Sequence record: MT129654.1
Source of the DNA: Escherichia phage MN04
Strand: one strand, 5' to 3'
Length of the DNA stretch: 64,000 bases
Shown here: piece after piece, positions 37,181-46,890 of the stretch
Layout: each line of letters opens with the position of its first letter
Numbering within the stretch: position 1 is the first letter of the stretch
Position numbers and translations under genes: made by a program
The notes under the pieces: model-generated
Database searches by the model: none
The model's input: the letters and a program-made list of their open reading frames with translations, nothing else
Told to the model about the DNA's origin: nothing

Positions 37181-37363
37181 ATGACCATCCAAGATAAAGA
37201 AATTAAAGCCGACCAGTATTATTTGGTAAATGGACGTGCGGTTCGTGTAATTGCTGCTAGTGATTCAGACGTATGGTATCGTGTACTAGACCATAAAAAT
37301 ATTCCATTGATGGTATGTGACGGTAGCTTGTTTTGTTCGATAGCTAAGGAAATTAAATTATGA
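37181..37363 (+). CDS. hypothetical protein (60 aa)
   Basis: ORF with SD gaggagaa. Confidence 0.45.
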   Translation: MTIQDKEIKADQYYLVNGRAVRVIAASDSDVWYRVLDHKNIPLMVCDGSLFCSIAKEIKL

Positions 37364-37614
37364 GCCTGAAATTACATTCAATGAAAAATGTCATCACCCT
37401 TAATCTTGATGATGAGCGCCTGATTTTTCTCACCGTCACTGATAAGAATATTGAAATTGCAAATGGTCCTAAGACTTATTGCTGCCCAGTGAAGAATTGG
37501 AAGCATGTAACCTTTTTGACCCTGGCCGACCGTCTGAAAGACCTTAAGTTGGATTTGGATATCAAAGATATCCAGTACATTAAAAATCTTATTGGATACA
37601 AACTGTTGAGGTAA
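37360..37614 (+). CDS. hypothetical protein (84 aa)
   Basis: ATGA-coupled ORF. Confidence 0.45.
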   Translation: MSLKLHSMKNVITLNLDDERLIFLTVTDKNIEIANGPKTYCCPVKNWKHVTFLTLADRLKDLKLDLDIKDIQYIKNLIGYKLLR

Positions 37615-37616
37615 CT

Positions 37617-37910
37617 ATGGGTAAAACTATCCGTCGTAAAGAATTGCCATCTAGAGATTTTAATTGCATTGCTAGACGTAAAGCACCTGATGGCGTATCG
37701 GAAGAAACTTTGAATGAAAATATCTTCCGGTCAGATAAATGGAAACGCTTTAGCGGTGTTGATTCTGAAGTTAAGAATGAAATGAATCGCCAACTTCGTA
37801 AAGAAGTGAGAAAGCTGAAAAAAGATGTTTACAACGACGATGAACCTGATTACAATACTTCTCATCGAGTTGCAAAACGTAAATCAAACGAGTGCTATCG
37901 TTACAGCTGA
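37617..37910 (+). CDS. hypothetical basic protein (97 aa)
   Basis: ORF with SD gaggt. Confidence 0.45.
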   Translation: MGKTIRRKELPSRDFNCIARRKAPDGVSEETLNENIFRSDKWKRFSGVDSEVKNEMNRQLRKEVRKLKKDVYNDDEPDYNTSHRVAKRKSNECYRYS

Positions 37911-37917
37911 GGAAAAT

Positions 37918-38049
37918 ATGAATATCAAACGTATGCTTTTTAAACAAGGATTATACACCTTAAATGTTGCTCCAAAAGGCGATACGACTAAGTGGTCAGT
38001 AAATGACTGGATTGAATTTATTGATGAAAACGGCAACTGGAAAATTTAA
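37918..38049 (+). CDS. small protein (43 aa)
   Basis: ATG 37918 after the conserved ctgaggaaaatatg initiation region. Confidence 0.4.
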   Translation: MNIKRMLFKQGLYTLNVAPKGDTTKWSVNDWIEFIDENGNWKI

Positions 38050-38250
38050 ATGAATCCTGAATCTAAATTATCACAACGAATTGCTGAAGCCCGTCGTCAG
38101 TTCTTTGAAAATATGGTAGCTCAAGGTATTGATGACGAAGTTTTTCTAAACTGGTTTTGGAATAACAAATATTCAAAATGTGCAGGAGCAATATTAATAT
38201 CGGCCGCAATGATGTATGAAGGTTGGAAAGGCGCACTAGCACAAAAATAG
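38050..38250 (+). CDS. hypothetical protein (66 aa)
   Basis: TAAATG-coupled ORF. Confidence 0.45.
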   Translation: MNPESKLSQRIAEARRQFFENMVAQGIDDEVFLNWFWNNKYSKCAGAILISAAMMYEGWKGALAQK

Positions 38251-38285
38251 TTTACAAACTCTTGGGACCAGAGTATAATGGTCCC
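38250..38285 (+). promoter_or_regulatory. T4-type early promoter, -10 inside a hairpin
   Basis: GTTTAC 38250-38255, TATAAT 38274-38279 flanked by gggacc/ggtccc. Confidence 0.6.
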
Positions 38286-38319
38286 CACGGATTATAAATT
38301 TTAAACTGAGGAAATTATT

Positions 38320-38649
38320 ATGTCACAAGCTATTAAAAACGTACTGAACTCTTTCGCTTTCGATAAAGTTAATGAACTGATGAAAACTGGCTTTGTAACT
38401 CCTCAGGTTCTTGACCAATGGGTTGCTGAACTGTTACCAATCATGCACTCTAAAGACCAAAAAATTGGTAAGAACGGTATTCGTGAAATCCTGGTTCAAT
38501 ATATTCTTGATGAGTTTGATGTTGCTGCCTTCGGTGTTGAATCTAAAGCTTGGCACCCAGGTGAAATCACAGACAAAACCATCCGTCGTATGAAGAACCA
38601 ACGTAAGAAAAAATTCGTTGACCTGAAAATTGTTAAGGCTGCGAAATGA
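38320..38649 (+). CDS. hypothetical protein (109 aa)
   Basis: Same 25-nt initiation region as the gene at 30454. Confidence 0.5.
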   Translation: MSQAIKNVLNSFAFDKVNELMKTGFVTPQVLDQWVAELLPIMHSKDQKIGKNGIREILVQYILDEFDVAAFGVESKAWHPGEITDKTIRRMKNQRKKKFVDLKIVKAAK

Positions 38650-38912
38650 TTAAAATAAAACTCTCTAATTACGATAAAAACTTGGAAATGATTGCTATGA
38701 AAGAAGAACTCCTGAATGATGTCCGCTTTACAGGTTATGCAGTCCAATTTAATGGTGATGGGGCTCTCCAGATTGAAGGTGACCACTTTATTATCGAATA
38801 TGAATTTAAACGGTACTGGCTATACGCTAAAGATGAAGTTGGCGGTATTGATTACGTCGATGAGTTTGATAATCTTGATGATGCATTAGAAGGAGCTCGA
38901 TTCCTACAATGA
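38646..38912 (+). CDS. hypothetical protein (88 aa)
   Basis: ATGA-coupled ORF. Confidence 0.45.
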   Translation: MIKIKLSNYDKNLEMIAMKEELLNDVRFTGYAVQFNGDGALQIEGDHFIIEYEFKRYWLYAKDEVGGIDYVDEFDNLDDALEGARFLQ

Positions 38913-39172
38913 AACCCATATCCACCACCCTCGCTTATGAAGGTCTCGGATTTTTCTTAATAGATAACTGTATGGATGTTGAGTTTGTTTGTGGTGAGAC
39001 TTCTTTAGTATGGAAGTCTCATATTTCCAAATACAACCATCGGGATTATCCGGAACTTTTTAAAGAATTTTGCGGATATATGTCCGAACATGGATGTACT
39101 GATACAATTTCTTATCCCGAGTTCATACAAATCCTTGAAACAGTATTTCAGGCTTATTGCTTACTCCGTTGA
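38909..39172 (+). CDS. hypothetical protein (87 aa)
   Basis: ATGA-coupled ORF. Confidence 0.45.
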   Translation: MKPISTTLAYEGLGFFLIDNCMDVEFVCGETSLVWKSHISKYNHRDYPELFKEFCGYMSEHGCTDTISYPEFIQILETVFQAYCLLR

Positions 39173-39200
39173 TGCTTTAAACGGGTCTCCAAATACTATG
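39173..39200 (+). promoter_or_regulatory. candidate MotA-dependent middle promoter for gene 55
   Basis: MotA box aTGCTTTA 39172-39179 with TACTAT about 14 nt downstream. Confidence 0.45.
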
Positions 39201-39238
39201 ATATAATAGACCTATGATTTGAGTTATCTGAGGTAACA

Positions 39239-39796
39239 ATGACCGAAATTAAACTGACTAAAAATAACTATGTAAATAATAAGGAGCTTCTGAAAGCCAT
39301 TACCCAGTGGAAAACGGAACTCCGAGAAAATACCGACCCTAATAAAATAGTTCGTCAGAACGACGTTATCGGCTTGGCTATTATGCTCATTGCTGAAGGC
39401 CTTTCTAAGCGTTTCAACTTCTCCGGATATACCCAATCTTGGAAGCAAGAAATGATTGCTGATGGAATCGAAGCCTCTATTAAAGGTCTTCATAACTTCG
39501 ACGAAACAAAATACGACAACCCACATGCATATATCACTATGGCTTGTTTTAATGCCTTTGTTCAGCGTATCAAGAAAGAACGTAAAGAAATGGCAAAGAA
39601 ATACAGCTACTTCGTCCATAACGTTTATGACGCCAATGACGACGACATGGTAGGTATCGCAGATGAAACTTTTATCCAGGATATTTACGACAAAATGACT
39701 CAGTATGAAACCTCTTTAGTTAAAGCGCCAGGGTCTGATAAGAGCGCTGAATCTAAAGTTGGTGAGCTGGATTTTTTATATGGAACTCAAGATTAA
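39239..39796 (+). CDS. 55: late-transcription sigma factor gp55 (185 aa)
   Basis: ...[55 protein letters not shown]... matches remembered T4 gp55. Confidence 0.92.
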   Translation: MTEIKLTKNNYVNNKELLKAITQWKTELRENTDPNKIVRQNDVIGLAIMLIAEGLSKRFNFSGYTQSWKQEMIADGIEASIKGLHNFDETKYDNPHAYITMACFNAFVQRIKKERKEMAKKYSYFVHNVYDANDDDMVGIADETFIQDIYDKMTQYETSLVKAPGSDKSAESKVGELDFLYGTQD

Positions 39797-40007
39797 CCTG
39801 GTAGGCCTTTTAGAAGAAGTAGATGGAGAGTATTCGGCAATTCCTTATGTTCTTAAAATGTATCTTAAGGATATTGCCAAGCTTCCTATTGTAATAGACC
39901 CAAAACACCCTGATTCGGTAGAAATTAAAGCTGAAAAAGGAACATTAACTTATAACTATCACGTTACCGACGAAGATTTTTATATAAAACTGAATTACAA
40001 GGATTAA
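39780..40007 (+). CDS. hypothetical protein (75 aa)
   Basis: ATG 39780 overlapping gp55 3' end. Confidence 0.4.
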   Translation: MELKINLVGLLEEVDGEYSAIPYVLKMYLKDIAKLPIVIDPKHPDSVEIKAEKGTLTYNYHVTDEDFYIKLNYKD

Positions 40008-40008
40008 T

Positions 40009-40320
40009 ATGCAAAGCCATGACATTTCTCAATTGACTGATGAGCAAATTGAAGAAGCCCAGCAACGTTTAGAAGAGCACAATATTAAAGAAGCCAATTC
40101 GCAAGCGGCTAAGATTCTTAAGAAGAATGCTCGTGAAATCCGTCGTTTAAATCTCCATGCCCAAGGCGCTGTACTTGAAAACAACTTTGAAGCATATAAG
40201 TACGCTTTAATTAAATTACGCGGTATTTACCGTCAACCTGTTACTGATGAACTTGTTCAATTGATGTGGGAATCTACCCGCAAACAAATTTGGGAAATCG
40301 TCAATGGCTCTAGTAAATAA
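40009..40320 (+). CDS. hypothetical protein (103 aa)
   Basis: TAATATG-coupled ORF. Confidence 0.45.
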   Translation: MQSHDISQLTDEQIEEAQQRLEEHNIKEANSQAAKILKKNAREIRRLNLHAQGAVLENNFEAYKYALIKLRGIYRQPVTDELVQLMWESTRKQIWEIVNGSSK

Positions 40321-40504
40321 ACCCTTTAAACGGCTTCTTATTGGAGCCGCCTTCAGACTTCGCTCATACGGTAATATTTGTATTAAGCAGACCGAAACCG
40401 AATATAAAATGGTTGGGCAGTATTCCGATGAAATTTTTCGGATTGAGCCTGTAGCCAAGGTTTGGGTGGATTCACATCAACTTAAGAAGTGGTGGCAACG
40501 ATGA
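40304..40504 (+). CDS. hypothetical protein (66 aa)
   Basis: Overlapping ORF. Confidence 0.4.
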   Translation: MALVNKPFKRLLIGAAFRLRSYGNICIKQTETEYKMVGQYSDEIFRIEPVAKVWVDSHQLKKWWQR

Positions 40505-40592
40505 TAACATGGACAGGTGGCTAATGAAAGACGAACATCCGGATTTTTAAGCTATGAATGACGAATACGAAAAAGTTTAAGAGGTTTTATGA

Positions 40593-40766
40593 ATGACGAA
40601 TTCGATGGATTTTGATAAGATTAAATCTGACAAAAATGAGATGATACTTAAATTTGAAGCTGCTCGTATTAAAGCGGAAAATGAAGGTATTATTACCTAT
40701 AAGCCTATCAAGTTCAGGTCTTCTCATGAACCTCTGTATGGTGTATTAATTGGTAAAGGAGCTTAG
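40593..40766 (+). CDS. small protein (57 aa)
   Basis: ATG 40593 after SD gaggtt; followed by terminator; under the ORF-track cutoff. Confidence 0.35.
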   Translation: MTNSMDFDKIKSDKNEMILKFEAARIKAENEGIITYKPIKFRSSHEPLYGVLIGKGA

Positions 40767-40778
40767 GCTCCTTTTTTG
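40757..40778 (+). terminator. rho-independent terminator
   Basis: Hairpin ggagc-tta-ggctcc followed by TTTTTT. Confidence 0.65.
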
Positions 40779-40820
40779 CTTTATATTCGGATGATAAAAT
40801 GAACCAACTGAGGAGAACAT

Positions 40821-40964
40821 ATGGAATTACTTTTAGGATATGTCGTGTTATTCATGGCATTCTACACATTCACACGAGCCTGTTGGATAGGATTCTTTTC
40901 TACTCCTGATGGGTTCATCTCAATAATTTTATTTTGCATTGCGATAACGGTGCTCGGCTTATGA
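40821..40964 (+). CDS. small membrane protein (47 aa)
   Basis: ATG 40821 after SD gaggagaa; hydrophobic; stop overlaps gp47 ATG. Confidence 0.4.
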   Translation: MELLLGYVVLFMAFYTFTRACWIGFFSTPDGFISIILFCIAITVLGL

Positions 40965-41983
40965 AAATATTAAACACAGGTGACTGGCACCTTGGAGTGA
41001 AGGCTGATGATGTGTGGGTACAAAATATCCAACGTCAAGGTATCCAAGACGCTATCAATTATTCTAAAGCAAATGGTATTACCGTGTGGATTCAATACGG
41101 TGATATCTTTGACGTTCGTAAAGCAATTACTCATAAGTGTATGGAATTCGCTCGCGAAATCTCTGATTTGCTTAAAGCTAATGGCATTACCATGTATACC
41201 ATTGTTGGTAATCATGATATGCACTACAAAAACACCCTAACTCCTAACGCTGCTTCTGAAGTTCTCGGTAAATACGACCATATCAAGGTTATTGAGAAAC
41301 CTACTACGGTTAACTTTGATGGCACCGAAATTGATTTGATTCCATGGATATGTGAAGAAAACACGACTGATATCATGGACCATATCAAAAATACCACAGC
41401 AGATTTCTGTATTGGACATTGGGAATTAAATGGTTTCTATTTCTATAAAGGAATGAAATCTCATGGTTTAGAACCTGATTTCCTTAAAAAGTATAAGCAA
41501 GTTTGGTCAGGCCACTTCCACACTATTTCTGATGCAGCAAACGTCAAGTACATTGGTACTCCATGGACCCTGACTGCAGGTGATGAGAACGACCCTCGTG
41601 GTTTCTGGATTTTCGATACCGAAACTCATAAAATGGATTTCATCATTAATGAAACCTGTTGGCATCGTAAGATTCATTATCCTAATGCGACTATCGATTA
41701 CAAAGATTTTACAAATATCGCAGTTCGTGTTATAGTCGATAAAATCGATGACGGCCTTACTAAGTTCGAATCAGAGCTTGAAAAGGTTGTTCACTCTTTA
41801 CGTATTGTGTCTAAGGTAGATAATAGTGTTGATATCGATGATTCTGAAGAGGAAGATGAAGTTAAATCCCTCTTGGATATGATGTATGATTATATCGACG
41901 CCCTTCCTGATGGCCACACTGAAGAAGACGTTAAAGCCCTTAAGACTATGGCCGCACAACTTTATAATGAGGTTACACGATGA
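40961..41983 (+). CDS. 47: recombination endonuclease subunit gp47 (Mre11-like, 340 aa)
   Basis: MKILNTGDWHLGVKADD...GNHDMHYKN...GHWELNGFYFYKGMKSHG matches remembered T4 gp47. Confidence 0.92.
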   Translation: MKILNTGDWHLGVKADDVWVQNIQRQGIQDAINYSKANGITVWIQYGDIFDVRKAITHKCMEFAREISDLLKANGITMYTIVGNHDMHYKNTLTPNAASEVLGKYDHIKVIEKPTTVNFDGTEIDLIPWICEENTTDIMDHIKNTTADFCIGHWELNGFYFYKGMKSHGLEPDFLKKYKQVWSGHFHTISDAANVKYIGTPWTLTAGDENDPRGFWIFDTETHKMDFIINETCWHRKIHYPNATIDYKDFTNIAVRVIVDKIDDGLTKFESELEKVVHSLRIVSKVDNSVDIDDSEEEDEVKSLLDMMYDYIDALPDGHTEEDVKALKTMAAQLYNEVTR

Positions 41984-42243
41984 CTTTAGATGAATTCAAA
42001 AAATCGGGACTTGAACTGGAACACGACTGTATAGTTATTGACGATGATGGGCAACCTAGTACAATTAAGTTCTGGTTTGAAGCCGTGAGCACTCGTGATA
42101 CCGGCGAGCTTATTAAAGTTTATGTTGCTACCGATTGGGCTGTAGAATTTAGCTTTAATGTAATGGTAGATGATACTCCAGAAACATTAATTCATATGGC
42201 TGAATCATGCATCAAGGATGCTTATAACGATGAAGACTTTTAA
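41980..42243 (+). CDS. hypothetical protein between 47 and 46 (87 aa)
   Basis: ATGA-coupled ORF. Confidence 0.45.
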   Translation: MTLDEFKKSGLELEHDCIVIDDDGQPSTIKFWFEAVSTRDTGELIKVYVATDWAVEFSFNVMVDDTPETLIHMAESCIKDAYNDEDF

Positions 42244-43912
42244 GTTAAAAAAAGTAACGTATAAAAATATTATGTCGGTAGGGCAGCAGCCCATTACAAT
42301 CCAACTTGACAAGGTCCAAAAGACCTTAGTCACTGGTAAAAATGGTGCAGGGAAATCAACATTCCTTGAAGCTGTAACATTTGCTCTGTTCGGTAAGCCT
42401 TTTCGTGATGTTAAGAAAGGGCAGTTGATTAACTCAAGTAACAAGAAAGACCTTTTGGTCGAACTGTGGATGGAATATGATGGCAAAGAATACTATATCA
42501 AACGCGGGCAAAAACCCAACGTTTTTGAAATCTCTTGTGACGGTGAACGTCTTGATGAATCTGCCAGCAGTAAAGACTTCCAAGCGGAATTTGAACAGCT
42601 TATCGGAATGTCCTATGCAAGCTTCAAACAAATTGTCGTACTCGGCACAGCTGGATATACCCCTTTTATGGGCCTATCCACTCCTGCAAGAAGAAAACTC
42701 GTCGAAGACCTGTTAGAGGTTTCTGTATTAGCGGATATGGATAAGTTGAACAAATCTTTAATTCGTGAGACTAATAGCCAAATCCAAGTAATAGACGTTA
42801 AGCAAGATTCTATTACCCAACAAATTAAAATTTATAATGACAACGAAGAACGTCAACGTAAATTATCCGGCGAGAACGCCGCCCGCCTACAATTAATGTA
42901 TGATGAGCTCGTTAAAGAAGCCAGGACTGCGAAGGCGAGCATAGAATCCCTGACTGATGAATTACTCAATGTTATCGTAGATGATGACCCTAGCGACTCC
43001 ATGAGTGACCTGAGTAATAAAGGATTTGCAATCAAAAATGATATGGCAACCTTTACAAAGGTGGTTAAGTTATACGAAACTGGTGGTCACTGCCCTACGT
43101 GTATGCAAGGGTTAGAAGAGCACGGTAATATCCTTACTAAAATTAAGGATAAAAACTTTGAGCTTCAAAAATCTTTGGATAAGATTAATGAGCAATACCA
43201 AGAACTCAAGCTCATTAAGGACCAAGTAACCGAACAACGCAATAAAGCGTTGGCTATTAAATCTCAGATAGCTACTCATAAGCAGCAAGCCATTACTGCT
43301 GTAGAGAAAGCCAAAAAGGTTAAGGTATTAATTGACCAAGCGGCAGCTGAGTTCGTAAGTAATGCCGAAGAGATTGCTGTGCTTCAAGCAGAGCTTGATA
43401 AAATCGTCTCTACCAAATCGTCCTTGGTAATGGAAAAATATCATCGTGGAATTCTGACAGAAATGTTGAAGGATACTGGTATTAAAGGTTCCATTATTAA
43501 GAAATACATTCCTATCTTTAATAAGCAGATTAATTCTTATTTGAAGATTATGGAAGCGGACTACGTCTTTACCTTAGACGAAGAATTCAACGAGACGATT
43601 AAATCACGTGGACGTGAAGACTTTAGTTATGCTTCATTTTCACAGGGTGAGAAAGCACGTATTGATATCGCACTTCTTTTTACATGGCGTGATATTGCTT
43701 CTAAGGTATCAGGTGTTAATATCAGCACGTTAATTCTTGATGAAGTTTTTGATAGTGCCACGGATTCTGAAGGCGTTAAGAGCATTGCAACCATCTTGAA
43801 TAGCCTTGAGGATACGAACGTGTTCATTATCTCTCACCGAGACCATGACCCACAAGCTTATGGCCAACATCTTCAAATGAAGAAAGTTGGGCGATTCACG
43901 GTGTTAGAATGA
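42230..43912 (+). CDS. 46: recombination endonuclease subunit gp46 (Rad50-like ATPase, 560 aa)
   Basis: MKTFKLKKVTYKNIMSVGQQPITIQLDKVQKTLVTGKNGAGKST...; Walker A, CPTC zinc hook, C-terminal signature/Walker B region. Confidence 0.92.
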   Translation: MKTFKLKKVTYKNIMSVGQQPITIQLDKVQKTLVTGKNGAGKSTFLEAVTFALFGKPFRDVKKGQLINSSNKKDLLVELWMEYDGKEYYIKRGQKPNVFEISCDGERLDESASSKDFQAEFEQLIGMSYASFKQIVVLGTAGYTPFMGLSTPARRKLVEDLLEVSVLADMDKLNKSLIRETNSQIQVIDVKQDSITQQIKIYNDNEERQRKLSGENAARLQLMYDELVKEARTAKASIESLTDELLNVIVDDDPSDSMSDLSNKGFAIKNDMATFTKVVKLYETGGHCPTCMQGLEEHGNILTKIKDKNFELQKSLDKINEQYQELKLIKDQVTEQRNKALAIKSQIATHKQQAITAVEKAKKVKVLIDQAAAEFVSNAEEIAVLQAELDKIVSTKSSLVMEKYHRGILTEMLKDTGIKGSIIKKYIPIFNKQINSYLKIMEADYVFTLDEEFNETIKSRGREDFSYASFSQGEKARIDIALLFTWRDIASKVSGVNISTLILDEVFDSATDSEGVKSIATILNSLEDTNVFIISHRDHDPQAYGQHLQMKKVGRFTVLE

Positions 43913-44100
43913 GTGATTTTATAACAGGCCAGCATTTGTTGGCCGTTCCAGAAATAAAGAGATATGTTTTAGTTAACAACTTCTCTGGAGACGAACATCT
44001 TGTTACTGAAGATTATCTCCAAAATGCTTTTAAGTCAGAATATGTTACAATCATGTCAAATAGAAATCCATCATGGTTTGTCTATGAGTACTTTGATTAA
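43909..44100 (+). CDS. 45.2: gp45.2-like small protein (63 aa)
   Basis: ATGA-coupled to gene 46; position and size as T4 45.2. Confidence 0.45.
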   Translation: MSDFITGQHLLAVPEIKRYVLVNNFSGDEHLVTEDYLQNAFKSEYVTIMSNRNPSWFVYEYFD

Positions 44101-44156
44101 ATTGCTTTAAAATATTGATTTATAATACATTTACCAACTAAATGAGAGAAAATATT

Positions 44157-44576
44157 ATGTTTGCTACTTCTAATGGCGTTACCGTTAAAGATATCCAAGT
44201 TAAAACCATCCGTACTGATTCCAACCCACATAATCAGAACCGTATCCGTAAATCATGGGTACTGAATATTGATACCGACTCTGCACGCCGATTGCAGTCT
44301 CTTCCACAAGAAACCAAGTTTATGCTGTACAGTATCATCGATAATGATGTATCTGATAAGTGGATTGAAATCATGCGTAAACACTTTAAAGATTCTTTGG
44401 CTGCAGGTGCTAAACTTGTTATCGACCGCGACGGTTCTGAACGTTTAGAAGATGATTATTGCGTCGACCCTGATGAGCAGTTGCTTGAAGCCGGTTCTAT
44501 TATTGCTTCCAAGATTCCAGAGTATATTGAATCTCTGCCTGAATCAATCCGTAAACAAATGATCGTAATTGCTTAA
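44157..44576 (+). CDS. rpbA: RNA polymerase-binding protein RpbA (by synteny, 139 aa)
   Basis: ATG 44157 after the conserved gagagaaaatattatg initiation region; between 45.2 and 45 as in T4. Confidence 0.5.
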   Translation: MFATSNGVTVKDIQVKTIRTDSNPHNQNRIRKSWVLNIDTDSARRLQSLPQETKFMLYSIIDNDVSDKWIEIMRKHFKDSLAAGAKLVIDRDGSERLEDDYCVDPDEQLLEAGSIIASKIPEYIESLPESIRKQMIVIA

Positions 44577-44601
44577 TAATTTGACTTGATAAGGAAACAT
44601 T

Positions 44602-45300
44602 ATGAAATTCTCTAAAGAAACCCTGAACATTCTTAAAAACTTCTCTGGTATTAACCCAGGCATTATGCTTAAACCAGGTAACACCATTCTGACCCGATCT
44701 GTTACCGGTGCAAGTTATGGTGAAGCTACTGTAAGTGATACCTTCGATATCGAAGCAGCAATCTATGATTTGAATGGCTTCTTAAGTATTCTGTCTTTGG
44801 TATCGGAAAGTGCTGAAGTTTCGGTAAGTGAAGACCAAACCACGTTAATTATTAAAGACCAACGTTCAACAATTAAGTGGCCTATTGCTGACCCAAGCAC
44901 AATCGCATTCCCAAGTAAAGCTATTCCGTTCCCTGTGGCTGAAGTTATTTTCGACCTGAAAGCCGAAGATTATCAACAGTTGATGCGTGTGTCCTCTGGT
45001 CTGAGTATTGATACATTTGCAATCACTGTAGACGATGGTAAAATTGTTATCAACGGTTATAAACAAGTCGACGATAAAGAATTAACTCGTCCATTGTATT
45101 CTCTGGTCGTGGCTGACCATGATGGTCCTGACTTTAAGTTCATCATTAACAAAACTAATATGAAAATGATGCCAGCCGATTATCATGTGTTGTTATGGGC
45201 GCGCGGTGAAGGCCAGGATGCTCGATTTGCAGCTAAGTTTGAAGGTACACAAGCTTCTTACGTATTAGCTATGGAAGCAGGCTCAAGCCACTCGTTCTAA
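44602..45300 (+). CDS. 45: sliding clamp gp45 (232 aa)
   Basis: MKFSKETLNILKNFSGINPGIMLKPGNTILTRSVTGASYGEATVSD... matches remembered T4 gp45. Confidence 0.92.
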   Translation: MKFSKETLNILKNFSGINPGIMLKPGNTILTRSVTGASYGEATVSDTFDIEAAIYDLNGFLSILSLVSESAEVSVSEDQTTLIIKDQRSTIKWPIADPSTIAFPSKAIPFPVAEVIFDLKAEDYQQLMRVSSGLSIDTFAITVDDGKIVINGYKQVDDKELTRPLYSLVVADHDGPDFKFIINKTNMKMMPADYHVLLWARGEGQDARFAAKFEGTQASYVLAMEAGSSHSF

Positions 45301-45361
45301 AGCATAGGGAGGAATTTCCTCCCTTGGAGTATAATGTAAAAACAAACCTGAGGAAATTAAT

Positions 45362-46321
45362 ATGCTTACAGTAAATAATAATGAATTCATGTGGGAACAG
45401 AAATATCGTCCAGGTACTTTATCTGAATGTATTCTGCCTGCTCATGATAAAGAAACTCTCCAAGCCATTGTTAATAAGGGCCTAATCCCTAACATTATCC
45501 TAGTCTCTGCTTCACCAGGCACAGGTAAAACTACCGTGGCTAAAGCATTGTGTGCCGATACAAATTCAGACATGTTGTTTGTTAACGGTTCCGACTGTCG
45601 TATTGATTTCGTTCGTAACGAACTTACTCGTTTTGCATCTTCTAAATCTATCGAAGGTAAACGTAAGGTAATTGTTATTGACGAATTCGACCGTGCTGGT
45701 GTTGCTGAAGCTCAACGCCACCTTCGTTCATTCTTAGAGGCCTATTCCTCAAACTGTTCTGTAATTATTACAGCAAACAATATTGATGGTATCATTGGTC
45801 CACTTCAATCCCGTTGTCGTGTAATTAAATTTGGTGAAGCCACTCCAGCTGACCAAACAGCCATGATGAAAGAAATGATTCATCGTGCAGTAGCAATTTG
45901 TAAAAATGAAAATGTTGAAGTCGAAGACCTTAAAGTTATTGCGGCTTTAGTTAAACAAAACTTCCCTGACTTCCGTAAAACAGTTAACCAACTGGACCGT
46001 TATTCCTCAAGTGGTAAAATCGATACAGGCATTTTGAGTATTGTAATGAATACCAATTCGCCTATTGATGAAGTAGTGGCTGCACTGAAAGATAAAAACT
46101 TTAAAGAACTCCGTGCATTAGCTCCACGTCATGTCAATGATTATGCCAACTTTATTATGACATTGGCTAACGAACTCTATGGTAAATTGCCTGGGCCGAG
46201 CATTGTTAGAATGTATGAAATCGTCGGTGAAAATAACCAATACCATGGTATTGCTGCTAACCCAGAAATTCACCTGACTTATCTGTTTATCCAACTTGCT
46301 CTGGAGCTCCAATGGCTATAA
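45362..46321 (+). CDS. 44: clamp loader large subunit gp44 (319 aa)
   Basis: Walker A SPGTGKTT, DEFD Walker B, SRC motif; length equals T4 gp44. Confidence 0.92.
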   Translation: MLTVNNNEFMWEQKYRPGTLSECILPAHDKETLQAIVNKGLIPNIILVSASPGTGKTTVAKALCADTNSDMLFVNGSDCRIDFVRNELTRFASSKSIEGKRKVIVIDEFDRAGVAEAQRHLRSFLEAYSSNCSVIITANNIDGIIGPLQSRCRVIKFGEATPADQTAMMKEMIHRAVAICKNENVEVEDLKVIAALVKQNFPDFRKTVNQLDRYSSSGKIDTGILSIVMNTNSPIDEVVAALKDKNFKELRALAPRHVNDYANFIMTLANELYGKLPGPSIVRMYEIVGENNQYHGIAANPEIHLTYLFIQLALELQWL

Positions 46322-46884
46322 GTCTTTTTGATGATGACGTTGAACTGAATGAACATGAAGTTGCTTGGAAACAACGTAACGACGCTGCTATTCAAGCCTT
46401 GGCCGATTCATTTAAAGAAAAGGCTGAAAACGAATTGTTTGCCATTATGAACGATATCACATACGGTAAAAAACAACGTAACTTGGCTCAATCAGAAAAC
46501 TATAACCAATTTTGGCTAGATAATAGTTTGAGCCAACACGTAGATTGCATTATGCAAGCCGCGATGGTTAACTGTCTTAAACTTGACGACCAAAGTCACT
46601 TCAATTATCTTTTACATGCTGTTCCTAAGGGTAAGAGATTTGGTAAATGGGCTAAGGCCCATGATGATGAAGTTAGTGTAGTTTTTATTACTCGTTTATT
46701 GATGAAATACCATTCAATTAATAATGATGACGCTTATCGTTATCTCGAGACTTATAAAATTAAAGGCCATCTTCCGGCAATGCTTAAGAAGATGAAAGGG
46801 TTGGTTACGGACGAGTTCCTGAAATCCGTAACTAAAAATGTGAAAGAACAAAAAGACTTGAAAAAGAAAGCATTGGAATGGTAA
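46312..46884 (+). CDS. 62: clamp loader small subunit gp62 (190 aa)
   Basis: MAISLFDDDVELNEHEVAW...GLVTDEFLKSVTKNVKEQKDLKKKALEW matches remembered T4 gp62. Confidence 0.85.
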   Translation: MAISLFDDDVELNEHEVAWKQRNDAAIQALADSFKEKAENELFAIMNDITYGKKQRNLAQSENYNQFWLDNSLSQHVDCIMQAAMVNCLKLDDQSHFNYLLHAVPKGKRFGKWAKAHDDEVSVVFITRLLMKYHSINNDDAYRYLETYKIKGHLPAMLKKMKGLVTDEFLKSVTKNVKEQKDLKKKALEW

Positions 46885-46890
46885 ATTAAA

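Noticed and set aside
45301-45330. Hairpin gggagga/cctccc between genes 45 and 44 as a terminator
   Set aside because: No T-run follows, and genes 45-44-62-regA form one operon in T4; more likely a translational element or coincidence.
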